From the NCBI GenBank assembly GCA_030704615.1, contig CM060732.1:77872001-77936000 (forward strand): a stretch of 64,000 bases of DNA, given 5' to 3'. A model generated the notes under the pieces. That model did no database searches. It was not told the DNA's origin and worked only from the letters and a program-made list of their open reading frames with translations. Both the position numbers and the translations under genes were made by a program. Positions 24,416 to 37,542 of the stretch are shown here, piece by piece. The DNA comes from Takakia lepidozioides (lineage: Eukaryota > Plantae > Bryophyta). How positions within the stretch are numbered: position 1 is the stretch's first letter; every line of letters begins with the position of its first letter.

Positions 24416-27400
24416 TCACCCCCCTCCCCCCCCCCACTCCTTTTTCTCAGCTGGATTTTCCCTTTTTGAGGCTTCCCTGTGTTTTCTGTGTTTTATGTGT
24501 TTACTGGCTCTTTGATCGATCCTCTCGGTGCCCTTCCTGCTTGGCGGTTCTTTCACTCCGTTGTTCCCTTCAATGGCCCCCACTAAATTTGCCCGCCGTG
24601 GTGCTCCAACTACCAGATCTCAAAGTCGCTCGGTTGCTGCCATTCAGGCTGCTTTGGCAATCCCTTCCACTGGGACAGGTTTCTTCCAGGCCCACCGCGC
24701 TCTGGCGCGTAGTCGCAGCCCTCCGGCTATGCGGGCAGCTCCGATCCGGGTTCCCTTGGTTGCTCCTCTCTCTCCCCGGCTTAGTCAATCGCCAGTTTCG
24801 GATCCCACCACGCATGTGAGCCCACCCCAGTATACCGGGGCTCCCTCATCACCTCCCCATGCAGTCGACCCCCAGCAGGATGCAGCCGACCCTCAGCAGG
24901 ATCTGATGGAGGATATTTCGGATCTCCAGAGATCGATGAGTAAATCTCACCCTCTTGTGTAGCTCAATATGTCCACAATCCACGATAGTGTCGTAGACTT
25001 TTCGGAGAAAGGGGTGCTTCTTCATTTCCCAGGTAGAAAAGTTGACAGGGATCATGCAAGGGATTGGGCCATCTGTCACTTGGGGGGGTCTGGCGACCTT
25101 AATCATCATTTTTGCCACTCCAGAGGCCAAGGATTCTTCTCGGTTCTTTTGGATTCAAAGGAAGCTGCAGATAGGGCACTTTCCTTCAATCCCCACCTGG
25201 CTGGTTTTAATGTTAACATTTTTCCTTGGTCGAGTGCTATGGGCAACAAAAATGGAAAGGTGTGGAATCCCAGGATCATTGCCTTGCCATATATCCCAGA
25301 CCAATATATCTTCAGTTTGCCCGAGATAGGGAACTTCTTGGGGGAGTATTTGGGATGTTTGGCGGTGTTCGACCCCCACAACTGTCCGGAAGCCCTTAAG
25401 AATAATCTTGCTTGGAGGGGGGCCTCGATTTCATCAAAGGCACATGAGAATGGGTTTCCTAAGATTGTTATAATGATGCCTGATGATGCAATCATCCCTG
25501 AATTTATTCGTCTCCCCATTGATGACAAAGGCAACTTCTTCTCGATTAAATTATCTGAGGACACTACCTCTACTGTCTGCTACTACTGTGGACGTATGGG
25601 GCACCTCAAAGCTGTTTTCCCGAAGGCCCAAAAGAAGAGAACTAGGTCCCCGCTGGGGGCAGAACACCAACTTGCCGCCCCCCCTAAAAGGCACTTCTAC
25701 GATCCGAAGGGGAAGTCCCCAGTCTTCTCCCAGGACTCGCACCATGCAAAGAGGGCGGCATCGAATGCAGGCGAAGGAGACATGCCAGATTGGGTTCCTC
25801 ATGCCTCTACTCATGCTCAGTCACCGAATCTCAACAGGCGGTCTGCCTCGCTAGACCCCATGCTTTTGGAGGCCATTGGCAGTGTTTCCTTGGTGTTTCG
25901 CAACAGGGAAGGACTTGACCCACCGACAAGTAACATCAGGCAAGACGATCTGGGCAACTTCCCCCCCACGCCCCCAGCACCCCTCTTTGGTAATGATCCA
26001 ACACTGCACAAAAGCTCCCTTCATCTCTCCGCATCCTCCTCGATTGCCTACAATCCAGTCATAGCCAGAATTTGCACCAGTCTTCACTCCTTCCCCACTC
26101 TGTCCCTTCCGGGCTCCTCAACCTTGTTTTCTCAGTCCTACCCCAAAGCTATTGGTGTGACTCCATTGATTTTCCGTAGATCCCCAGCTCCTGCCTTCTT
26201 TGCCACGGAGGGCTACGGGGACAGCTTTGAATCCATCTGGATTTCCAATTACGATGTTTCTATTTTCATGGCAAAATCTCCCATTGACTGCAGTCCAATC
26301 CCCACTCTCAGAAACAAGATTAACTCATTCCTTCATTCAAAGTTTCCTCACTATGTGCTCCCAGCCACTGCTCAGGTTACTTGGGGCACTTACATTGAGG
26401 ACCATCCTGCTCTAGGGGTTAACCTTTCGTCTTCTACCCAAATTCTAGCCCTCTTGGAAGAGTCGGACCTGCTACGTACCCAAATGTTGCAGAATGGGAG
26501 ATGGATCCAGCATGCCCCTCAGGACCAGCCTGCCCCGTCCTGCCGGGCTCTCATCAGGGCCAGAGACATTATGCGCAATGGCTTTGCCCTGCTCCAGGCC
26601 CTTATGGAATCGGAATAGGTGCAAGGGATTGAGGAACTTCAGGATCAACAAGTACAAGAATACCAGGGACCTGTCCAGGGCATTGTTCGTGCTGATCCGG
26701 GAAGCCCCACAGCATATCAGTAGCATTAAGCTCGGCCCCAGCCCCCTTACTCATCACCTGGACCGGATGCGAGTGCAAGGGCTCAGTCGAACTTGTCCCC
26801 CCCGACCACCACACTCCTGCCTTCTCCAACTCCGGCTCCATTGGTCTGCCCCCCTGTCGCCCCCCAGTACCCGGTGAGTGGTCTCCCTATTGTCATTCCC
26901 TTCATTATTCTCTACCCATCTCCCTTATGCCCCAACAAAGGTAACGTGTTGCACTTCAGAACCAGGTCACCCCTACCATGTGCTTGGAAAATTCTACCCT
27001 CTATTTCCTACTCTCTATCAGATGGAGACTTTTCGATGTATTTTGGTGCAGGGTCAGGACCTCTTCCCCTCGCCACTCCGGATCCTCTCAGACTTATTCT
27101 TATCTCAGAATTTTTCATGCAACTTTCGGGTAGACCTAGGGTGGTGCGCACTTCATGGATGCCCTGCTCAAAGATTCAACCTCTCCCGGGGGATGATTCT
27201 TTCTACCATCATAGCCAGAGCACTCTTATCATGGCCATAGAATTGGATAAGCCAGTAGATGCAGCCCCTTTCAATCACTTCTGGAAGACAACCCTATTGC
27301 CTTCTGATAAAAGAACTAAGTTCCATTTCCATTCTGACAGGCCATCATTTGAGTCGTTCCCGCTCAGCCTGACACACCCACAAGATGCTGGTTAGTTTCT

Positions 27401-30400
27401 CCTCTTGGAATATAAGGGGTATTGGCTCCGACCACTCAGCCCTAAGAAAATTAGGCTGAGAGCATGGCTGGCCCCCCTTATCCCAACTGATGCCATTGTC
27501 TTTTTGCAGGAACATAAGCTAGATGATCTCAAAATTAGGAATCTTTCTGATAACATGTGGCCTCTTGCCTCCGCTCTCTGGAAGCCTTCATCCAAAGGTT
27601 CAAAGGGAGGAACATCCATCCTCCTTTCCCCTTCCATAAGACAATTTTTGGTGAAAGATGAAACTTGGGAGCTGGGTAGAGTCCAATTCTGCTCCCTGTT
27701 GCTCCCGTCAGACCTGGAACCCTTAGGCCTGGTTAACATTTATGCCCCTAATAATGCTATGGATCGTTCTGCCCTGTGGGAGTTGATTAACTTAAACATT
27801 TGCAGCCATAAGGATATCAACAACTGGGTTCTTGGGGGGGACTTCAATATGGTGGAAAATGACTCGGATAGAAGAGGATCTGTGACAACACCCCTCAACC
27901 CGGAGGAAGAGGCAGTTTGGCAATCTCTCCTCCAAACTCACAGCCTGGTGGAAATCCTCCCCGACACCCATCTCAATCTAGGCTCCTCCCCTCACTTCAC
28001 CTGGTCCAACAATAGGGCACTGGAACACCTCAGTATGGCCCGCCTGGATAGATTTTACCTCTCATTGCCTTTATCCATCAATGCTACTAGAAAGCCGCAG
28101 GAACCCATTACCCAAGGTTTTGATCACACCCTCATTGAAGCTTCACTGTCTTTCCCTAACACTCATCGTAGAGGTAGGGGTATCTACAGGCTAAACTTCT
28201 CCCTTCTCAATATTCCATCCTTTAAGCAGGCATTAAAGGATGATTGGCATAATTCAGGCAACCATTTAAGCTGCCCCATAGAGAGGTTTTCCTCTAAGTT
28301 GGCGGCTACCTCCAGATGCAGCCAGATCCTTAGTAAAGGCATTGCTGCAACCAGAACTAGGAAGGTTAGGGCCCTTAAAAAATGTCTTGGGGTATGCCAA
28401 ACAAAAATCGAATCTCGCGCTTGCGATGACCACACGTTTCAGACTTACCTTGAGGCCAGATTCAATCTGGGGATCTTTCAGGATCAACAACAGGAAAAAA
28501 TGCGTATGCAAGCAGGGGTCAACTGGTCTGCCAAAGGGAGAAAATGTCTAAGTATTTCTTTCAGAAAACCAAGCTTAGAAGGGCTATGTAAACCATTCCT
28601 GAATTGTAACCAAGAGCCCTAAAAGGTTAGTTGCCCCTTCAGCCTGGCTATAGTGGGCCCCAGACGTTGGTCTTCCGAGAGATTAATCCCGAAGACATGG
28701 CCCAAGAGGGTGGTGGACTCTCCATCCTTGAGCCAGATCAAACCCAAGTTTGCCCCCCATACGGGGGAGACCCCCAGACCAGACTTTGAAATATCCCCCA
28801 CCTGAAGAGCCTTGGTTTTCGACCAATTCACCCTGAAACCTGATACCTTGCAAAAGGTGTCAATCGTGCATTGGGCTGCTTGTAGGGCCGCTGGCTCAGC
28901 TTGAAGCAGGAGAAAGGTGTCATCAACAAACATAGAATCTTTGATCTGAAGGGCAGCATCAGCTCTGAAGCCATGCATTTGAAGGCCCCTCACTACAGGG
29001 TTAACCTCCAACATGTAACCCAAAGTGTCCGCCACAAACAGAAAGAGGAAAGGCGAAAGAGGGCATCCCTGTCGCACCGATCTCTGTAGGGCAAATGGTT
29101 TTGACAAATGGCCATTTATAATAACCCTGCTGGAGCTGTTGCGGATAAGGATGTTAACCCACTTGTAGAACGGGCTCTGGTGGCTAACCAGATCCTTTTG
29201 GCCGGTATTTGGTATTTCGCCTCTACTTGGAGTCCCAGCTCTAAACAATCCACGAAATCAAAAAGTGTATTAGGAACTTTATTTGGGGGGCCCATTTGTT
29301 GGACTCTAACAAACGCCTCCAAGTTTCTTGGATTCAAATCATAATGCCCAAGAAAATGGGTGGCCTCGGCGTCTTGGATCCTAAAACCCAGATCAAAGCC
29401 CTGTTGGGAAAATGGCTCCCCAGATTCCTGAGTCCAGAAGGAGGTTGGTGGAAAGTTATGGTGACAGATTCTATTTTCCTCAGTTCACCCCTGAATTCCA
29501 CTCAATGGTCTCCATCTCTGAGATGGATCACTCAAGGTTATCGTCATAAATCCCTTGGTTCCTCCCTTTGGACCTCGATTTGGTTGGCTTGGGGGAAGTG
29601 CCGACCCTTCCTGCGAAAGAGAGAGCCTGCTTCCTTTTGTGAGGTGCTCAGGCAACACCTGTTCCTCAACAAGCCAGTCCCTTAGTTATGGAGAGGAGCC
29701 AAGCCACAAGGTGGGCAGGATGGGATGCAAGGGGGCTCTCACAGGTCAGCCATCTATGGTTCAGTACCCCTGTTTCTCTTTCCAGAACTCTTGGCACCCA
29801 AAGACTCTCCGCCGACATTGCCTCAGTTTTGCAATCAGTTCCAGACTCGTGGAGAGACATGCTCAGGCAGGGCCCTTCCTCTCCGTCTATGTATCAGTGG
29901 GTGACCACAACGGATCATCATTTTCAGGTCATGTTCATAACGGAAGCCTCACGTGTTAACCTAGTGGGTTTTGCATTCAAGGCCCATCCGTATACAGGTG
30001 CTCTCTCGCTGCACTCATCCGACTCTATCTCAATCCCAAATGCAAACACCCCACCAGCCGGAATCTACCACTGGAACTCCAAGCTCAAAGATTTTAATCC
30101 ATCCCTTCCATCCAACACGCGGGTTCTACCCTGGTTACGATCAGGAACCTTCATTTGGATTGGAGGCCAGGCCATCCAGGACCTACAAATCGATCCGGCA
30201 GAATGGCACTGGGAATTCGGGGACAAGATTTGCTCCTTCTTCAATTACACGGCCAAGGGTGCCTACAGAGCGATGCTGAAGGCCAAGCCTCTAACCAAAA
30301 AATGGGACGACAGATGGGGCTTATTCCAATTTAGAGGGGAAAACTGGAAGTGCATTTGGGCTCTGATTTGGGAGAAATCCAAATCGGCAAAACTCAGTGC

Positions 30401-31437
30401 CTTTCTTTGGCAGATTGCAAATAGGGTTTTGAAGGTTGGGCAATTTCTAAACTTCCAAGAGGCCCTACTCTGCAGATGCTGCCCCATTAGGGTTATTGAA
30501 TCTTTGGAACGCTGCCTTCTTTTCTGTAAAGGGCCGTCAACTATCTGGCCCTTGGTTTGGTCACTTTACAGGGTTTGGTCAAACACCGCTCAGGACCCCA
30601 TAGCCCTCCTGCTAAATTACAACCAAACAACCAAGTCCAAGGTGTCCACATGCCCAGTTTTTGAGGCCCTCCGCTCGGCAACACTGTGGCAAATCTGGAA
30701 GGCTCGGTGCAGATGGACATTAAACAATGCTTCCTCCTCCTGTACAGAAATCCTAGCATGTGTTTTCTATGATGTTACAATTGCAGCTAAGTTGGCCTGG
30801 TAAAAACTATGTGCAGAAGCAGACAAGAAACCAAAACGAAAAGACTCCCTCCTCGCCTCCTTCAGAGCATCTTGGGGAAGAGGAGGAATCATTTGTTGCA
30901 TCACTGATACAGACTCCTGTTCATGGGCAGACTCCTTACCTGAACTTTGGAAACACCGATGGGGCACCGTCTTCGGCCTCCTCTGATCTGGACTCGAGAG
31001 ATATTAACTGGAAGCACATAAAGAGGGGATCTAAATCTAAGTTGATCTTCCTCAGATAGACATCTTCAGAGTTTCGCTCCTTGGCCGTTCTAGCCTGTGT
31101 TCTTACTGTTCGTCGTTCCGTCCGGTTCCATCTACACGGGGCCACCTCTCTCTTGGAGTCTTTTCGAAGCTATGAACTAATCGCACATTAGCTCTCTACG
31201 CTATGGCAAATCTTGCAACCAATATTAGATGGCTCTACCAGGCCTACATGCGTAGCCAGGTCTATTTTCTACCCTGTTATCTGATCGTTGGAATCTCCAA
31301 CACGGCCTCCGTGTGTTAAGCCTCATGGCACTTGTAAGGGTTTAATTTTTTCCCTTTTTAATAAATTTTCAGGGCCTCTCATCCCTTTTTAATAATAATA
31401 ATAATAATAATAATTTAAAAAAGAAAAGAAAAAAAAG
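24416..31437 (+). mobile_element. L1-type LINE (copy B): ORF1, endonuclease, inverted and partly deleted RT, 3' end
   Basis: ORF1 from 24573 with knuckle CYYCGRMGH; APE endonuclease 27405-28622 (FLQEH, NIYAPN, GGDFN, RLDRFY, FDH); C-terminus 29160-30990; (TAA)n and A-rich tail 31390-31437. Confidence 0.9.
28608..29175 (-). other. Inverted RT segment within LINE B
   Basis: Minus strand PFYKWVNIL...RQGCPLSP...FVDD...LKGQLTF between plus-strand LINE parts. Confidence 0.9.
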
Positions 31438-32375
31438 AGGAAACACACACACACACAGATTAACTTTCTTTATCTTTTCTTTTTAAAACGTGAAAATTTA
31501 TGTTTTATGAGTTTATTGAACTTAATGAACAGACTATATTTCATAACTTCATTCAAATTTGTTTTAAGTAGTTTTCTCAGCACAACCTCTGCATTGGCCT
31601 GTGGGTGCGGTGTAGGGTCACTGCCTGTGCATAGGGCCCAGTAAAAAGAAAGTTCTAGAAGAAGCGAAAAGACATGACGATGAGAGCAACAGTCTGGAAC
31701 ATTTGACCAGAGGGGCCTTTGACCCGAGAGCTGCTTGACAATTGAGCAACCATGAGTGAAGACGCTGTGGGGGCCTCTTCTCTCACCGCCATGATCATAA
31801 AAGTAGTGGGTAAGAATTCGTTAGCAGAAGAGTGTGCTCGAGCATATCCTATGCTTGTCACGAGGAATTTCTTCCAGAGATTCAAGGTGCGTTAGAACTT
31901 AGTTACAGATTTTGCTGTTGGGCATGTACCTATTTTGGGTTGCTTGCATGCTTGCCAGATCGCGGCTGCTGGAGATCAACAGATTGGCTGGCCTCGGCGT
32001 GCTGAGGCAGGTCAAAGCAGGGCCGTGTTACTTACTGGTGACAAGGATAATGAGGGCCCCACATGTTTGGGACGAGTACTGCTCAGGGCATGGCAAGCTT
32101 TTAGGAGTGCTATTTAAGTGGGTCGCGGATTGAATTGTTACAAGTGTGTTGGTGTCTTCTCGAGCTCTCTTTCTCTGTCTGACAAACACTCACACTGTTC
32201 TATTATCTCAAGATCAGACTGCTGTTGTGCTTAGTTAGATCACACAGGACCAGACTCTCCTTTGCCTCTGTTCCTGCAGGTTGGGGTCATCAACTCTTTC
32301 CAGAAGCTTAACTAGTAGTATTGTGTGCTTGCACATCGCTCTTCAGCAAGGGGGTGAGGAGTCCTAAGATTAGGA

Positions 32376-33425
32376 ATGGATGGGCATGTCGCGGCACGAT
32401 CACAGTTCTTCCTTTTCGCGCTTCTGGCATTCTGTGGCGCTGATGCCGCAGGTTCATGCCTGCCAGCCGAGAGGGATGCGCTACTGGCGTTCAAGGCGGG
32501 GATCAAAGAGGATCCCGTCAACATGCTGCAAGGATGGTTGAACAACACCGACTGCTGCGCGTCTAACTGGCTCGGTGTGGGCTGCGACGCCAACGGCCAT
32601 GTAAAGCAGCTAGATCTGCGCCCTGACCCTGCCTCCGACGAAGGCATCTACCTGACTGGCACCATTTCCACATCCCTGGCCTCTCTTCCCCAGCTAGAGT
32701 ACCTGGATCTGAGCGACTTGCTTAACCTGTCAGGAATTATCCCAGAGGAACTCGGGACGCTAACAAATCTGCAGCATCTGGATGTGCGGAACAACAAGCT
32801 GACAGGACCGATTCCACCGTCTTTCGGCTCCCTCACCAACCTCAACTGGCTCAGCCTGGGTGGTAACTACTTCAACGGCTCCATCCCACCTGAGCTCGGC
32901 AGCCTGGGCCCCAAGCTAAACTACCTCTACCTCTCCGGCGGGTCGCTCACTGGAGTCATCCCGCAATTGATCTTTCAGCTCCCCAACCTCACCAATCTTT
33001 ACGTGGGTTCGAATAAGCTAACGGGAAGCATCCCCACAAACCTGAGCGCCCTCGCCGGTACTCTGCAGTACCTGGACCTCTCCATAAACAATTTGACAGG
33101 CAACCTACCCGCAAACATCGGGGAACTCAATCAGCTCGGCCTTCTGGATGTGTCCTCGAATGCGTTTACTGGCACCATTCCTGCTAGTATTGGGTTGATC
33201 TCAGGACTACGCAACTTAGCGCTCAATAACAACACATTCTCTGGACACATTCCAGCTGCGCTTGCAAAGCTCAAGGACCTGGTATACGTGGACCTGGCTA
33301 ACAATAACCTAACGGGGCCCATCCCCCAGGGTGCCCCCTTCTCTACGATTGGAGACTTCTCCGGTAATCCTGGTCTTTGTGGGAGTCCACTCCCTGCGTG
33401 CAAGAGCAGGCGCTTACGTTTGTGA
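32376..33425 (+). CDS. Secreted extracellular LRR protein (PGIP/RLP-ectodomain-like), 349 aa
   Basis: Signal peptide, LRRNT (CLPAERDALLAFK...W.GVGCD), ~9 plant LRRs (LxxLxLxxNxLTGxIP), C-cap GNPGLCGSPL; no TM or kinase. Confidence 0.93.
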   Translation: MDGHVAARSQFFLFALLAFCGADAAGSCLPAERDALLAFKAGIKEDPVNMLQGWLNNTDCCASNWLGVGCDANGHVKQLDLRPDPASDEGIYLTGTISTSLASLPQLEYLDLSDLLNLSGIIPEELGTLTNLQHLDVRNNKLTGPIPPSFGSLTNLNWLSLGGNYFNGSIPPELGSLGPKLNYLYLSGGSLTGVIPQLIFQLPNLTNLYVGSNKLTGSIPTNLSALAGTLQYLDLSINNLTGNLPANIGELNQLGLLDVSSNAFTGTIPASIGLISGLRNLALNNNTFSGHIPAALAKLKDLVYVDLANNNLTGPIPQGAPFSTIGDFSGNPGLCGSPLPACKSRRLRL

Positions 33426-36393
33426 AGAAGTTCGGTCCCTCGCTTCTAAGTGACGGATTGCAGGAGTATACAGCAAATGTCAACATTGCATCGTGCAGAT
33501 TAGGTAGGATGGTAGAATTTGCACCTCTACATTGAATCGGTTCCTTCAAATCAGTTCTCAAGGTTTCAAGCTTAAATAATGACCAACTGGTATCTAAATT
33601 ATTTTCAAGTCATTCCAGAAGTTGAGGAACCCTAGCCACTATGAAAACACTTCTCCATGATGACCATGATAGCTAGCCTACAAGGACTTGTGTAGAACGA
33701 TCGCTCACATTTGCAGAATACATGTTCTTATACACACATCTCACCTTTGTTCAATCCTTCCTTCCTTCTGTCCATGTTTTCTGTCATAGTCTAACTCCAA
33801 GTTCACGAGATTGCAGCTTTACAAGCTTTGCAAGCTTGGCCAGACTTTCAAAGAATTTGCAACATTTATAGATCAACTTTTTTAGACCATTACACTTTTA
33901 GAACAGCTCTATCAATCAACGAGAATGTGATCACTTGCATTTGAGAATGAGGGAGAACTCACAGCTGGTTTGAGTCCCAATGGTGATGGAAGAATCTGAT
34001 TCATGAGCGTCTGGGAGACAAGTGACGCTTTCGAGAAATGTGTTGAGTCTTGACCAACTTCATGCACTACAGATAGAGTTCAAGCATACGCACATCCTCG
34101 ACATCGAATTAACCTGCAGCGGTCAGGACAACATTTCTTTGTAAGTAGCAGGAAAATACTCACTGATTAATACCCTCAAATTCATACCACATGCAGGGAT
34201 AGCTGAAGAGCGAAGCCCCGAGCACATCAGAAGAGGGGCAGTGTATGTACTGTTTCCTGTGGGCGGGCTTGTGCTTAGGCATTTCTGTAAGAGAAGGGGC
34301 AAAGCAAGATGCACAAAGCAGCATGTGCGTGCCGCCGAGCAAACACTTGGCCATCATTCCACTAACTTACGGCAAATAAAGAAATTAAGTGAAGTTCAGG
34401 GAACATATTCCTTTCCCAACATCTGCTGATCCAGTACTTCCAGTCCATCCACAGACAAATCAATCCCTTCTAGCGCAGAAGACCATCAACGATGTTACTG
34501 TTCACTGGGCTGCTGTTAAAGCACGTAACATGAGAGAATCTTCCCGAACCCTTCTTCTTGTGTAAGCAGACTCTCCCGAACTTAAGATCTGAGCTTGACG
34601 ATGCTCAGCAGCTGGTTCGGCACAAATCTATATTGGATCGTATATCAACAGCATATCGAATGGGGTTTTATAAATTCGAAATCTGTATATGACATCTAAG
34701 TATTGAGAATATCAGTAGAATCTAGTGTATATGCATCAATGTACCACAGAATCAACACATAGATGCGATTTATATTCCTTCTCCTCAACGCTTCCCTCTC
34801 TCGATCTAGCGAGAGATTTGTTCTGTTGCGAGTGCAATCGATGATCAGACGTGACATTTCCTGCTTTCTCAATCTTCTCGCAGGTCTGGTCTCAGAATAC
34901 AGAGAGGGTACAGGAAGGCTAGCTGGCCAAGGCCCAACGCTTGAGCTTGGCCGCACACCCACCCTGATGAATGACACTGGGCTGCGAACTCACCATCGGA
35001 TCCGGACGACCGAGGGCTGCTGAGAACCAGAACACGTTACAAAGTGGGCTACCAAGCTGGTAATGGAGTACAGGACATGGTGGAAGCCCAAGCACAGAAA
35101 GAGCAGGAGTTGTATGGAGCTCTTGACAGTCACTTTCAAACTTCATGTTTCTCTTGGAAGTTCTTCTTCCTGTTTCGGGGATTAGTCAGCAGCACACTTC
35201 GTGTTTACATCTGAAGCGTGCACAGATACAACAGGGGAGCAAGTGCATTGCTCAGGCCCGGAGATCGTACAGATGATTGGTTCCACAAAGGGAAATGCGA
35301 CTTGACATCTGAGGAGTAGGTGTAAGGGGTTCTCTGCTTTTGGTACAATGAGAGCTTAAAAGTCCACCCGACATATCTAATATCTCCACGGAGTACATTG
35401 TGTCCCACAGCCGAGGCGACCGATTGCAAGCCCTGTACAAGACCATCTACATACATAATTGAGTTGGTGCCTAGCTTGCCGGCGATGGGGTAAAGTGTAA
35501 ACAGTATGATCAGGCCGTGCCTACATCCTTCAATCTGCTCTCTCCGTGGGTCATCCTTGTTGAATACTGAGAAAAGCTGCCCTTGCCGAGAGGTATGAGC
35601 ATGGGACGGACGGATTTCTTGGCGTGTGAACCAGCCTTCAGTCCACGATCTTCTTCCCACATTCTCCTACAGCCTCCAAGAAATGGTACAGTAAAAGAAG
35701 GTTCTAAGGAAGGCTGTTATACTAGACATTGGGTTTTGCAGTCCACTTCATCCTCCAAATGGACTGAATCCAACCTCGTACACGATGCAGTAATAAGTCC
35801 TCCAAGACCAACTGACATCCACCAACAATTCATCCCTCACATCGGTGTCACAACAATGAAACTGGTGGCGATTTGGAAAATGAGATTTCAAAAGGAGAGA
35901 TTGGAAAAGAGGGACACAAGGGGAGCGACAAGGAAATGCAGATGTCACTGGACACTGTCACACAGTTTTTTTTTCTGCGACAGAAACTTGTGCACAAAGA
36001 GATGTGTGAGAGATCTAAAGGAGTGGTGGTAGAGAGGGGGTGGGATGACCGTGGAGAGACGGACAGAAGGGTAGAGCGATCTCAAGCTTTAGATTAGGGA
36101 CACCCTTCGTGGAGCTGCTTCTGTAAGGCATTGTGCGACTCATATACACCGAGAAAGACGAAAAAAATAAGACTTCATGACGTGGGGAGAGAGAGAGAGA
36201 GGTGACAGTGGGAGAGACTGGTTGAACTCTCCCAAACCGTGGGAGAGACGATGGCATAAGAGGGCTGTAGGCTGTCAACTTATCCACGGGACGTAGATTT
36301 CCACGGCTTGCTGTACAAGCTTCCTAGCAGGCAATCAACCCAAATTATGGCATATGATTGAGGAGAAGACGGTGGCCAGAAGGACGAACCGAA

Positions 36394-37542
36394 ATGGGAG
36401 GGGAAGTAGGCAAGGATCTGACTGCCGGAACAGTGGCAGGAGTGGCACAATTGCTGATTGGCCATCCCTTCGACACTGTCAAGGTCAAGCTACAGAGCCA
36501 GCCGGCCCCGTCCTCTGGACGACCCCGAAAGTACAATGGTGCCATAGATGCCGTGAAAAAAATCTTAGCATCTGATGGTCCAAGAGGTTTATACAAAGGC
36601 CTGGGGGCTCCCCTGGCCACCGTTGCGCTCTTCAACGCAGTCCTCTTCACTGCAAGAGGACAGATGGAAGCAATGCTCCTGCACGACAAGCCGGGATCAA
36701 AACTCTCTGTCAGACAGCAAATGGTGGCCGGTGCTGGAGCTGGAGTCGCAGTCTCCTTTGTTGCGTGCCCAACAGAGCTTGTCAAATGCAGGCTTCAAGC
36801 TCAGAGCGACCTGGAACCCACTGCAAACACACCCGCTCCAGTAACCATGAATGGGGCAGAGGGGATGGGGATGCTGTCTCTGCTCCCTACCGCTCACCAC
36901 AGCAGCTCTGTGGATCCACCAGCTTCTGCCGTGCCCTCGCCGATTGTAGAAACTCTTATGGCTGAACTAGGTGAAAAATTGCAGCCAGCTCCTCCTCTAC
37001 ACACTGCTCCTGCACAAACTGATTTCACAACAACAGTAGGAATCCCCGTCCATGGGGCAGCAGCCCCAGTGCAGCAGCAGGGAGGAGCTGGTCCATACAA
37101 TGGATCCATGGACGTAGCTCGGCAGGTGTTTCGATGTGAGGGAGGGTGGGCGGGATTCTTCAAGGGAATCGCTCCCACTCTGTTGCGAGAAGTGTTTGGA
37201 AACGCTGCCTACTTCGGTGCATACGAAGGCACGAAGCGGCTGATTGCGAGAGGGCAGGACACGGCAGTGCTGGGCATGGGGTCGCAGCTGCTGGCGGGTG
37301 GGGTGGCAGGGGCCATGTTCTGGCTGTCGGTGTATCCCGCAGACGTGATCAAGAGCGTGATGCAGGTGGACAGCTACCGCAACCCCAAGTACAAGGGCAC
37401 CATGGACGCGTTTCGCAAGGTGTTCGCAGCCGAGGGCGTGCGAGGACTCTACCGCGGCTTTGGCCCCGCCATGGCTCGCAGTGTCCCTGCCAATGCTGTC
37501 TGCTTTCTTGCATACGCTCTTGTCAGGAAGAGGCTTGCCTAG
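36394..37542 (+). CDS. BOU: Mitochondrial carrier (SLC25), carnitine/acylcarnitine carrier-like (A BOUT DE SOUFFLE-like), intronless
   Basis: KDLTAGTVAGVAQLLIGHPFDTVKVKLQSQP; three Px[DE]xxK motifs (PFDTVK, PTELVK, PADVIK); C-terminal GFGPAMARSVPANA. ATG at 36394. Confidence 0.9.
   Translation: MGGEVGKDLTAGTVAGVAQLLIGHPFDTVKVKLQSQPAPSSGRPRKYNGAIDAVKKILASDGPRGLYKGLGAPLATVALFNAVLFTARGQMEAMLLHDKPGSKLSVRQQMVAGAGAGVAVSFVACPTELVKCRLQAQSDLEPTANTPAPVTMNGAEGMGMLSLLPTAHHSSSVDPPASAVPSPIVETLMAELGEKLQPAPPLHTAPAQTDFTTTVGIPVHGAAAPVQQQGGAGPYNGSMDVARQVFRCEGGWAGFFKGIAPTLLREVFGNAAYFGAYEGTKRLIARGQDTAVLGMGSQLLAGGVAGAMFWLSVYPADVIKSVMQVDSYRNPKYKGTMDAFRKVFAAEGVRGLYRGFGPAMARSVPANAVCFLAYALVRKRLA

Noticed and set aside
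34696-36287. Possible minus-strand gene upstream of the carrier
   Set aside because: Could not build a coherent exon chain or recognise a domain; may be UTR, intron or non-coding.
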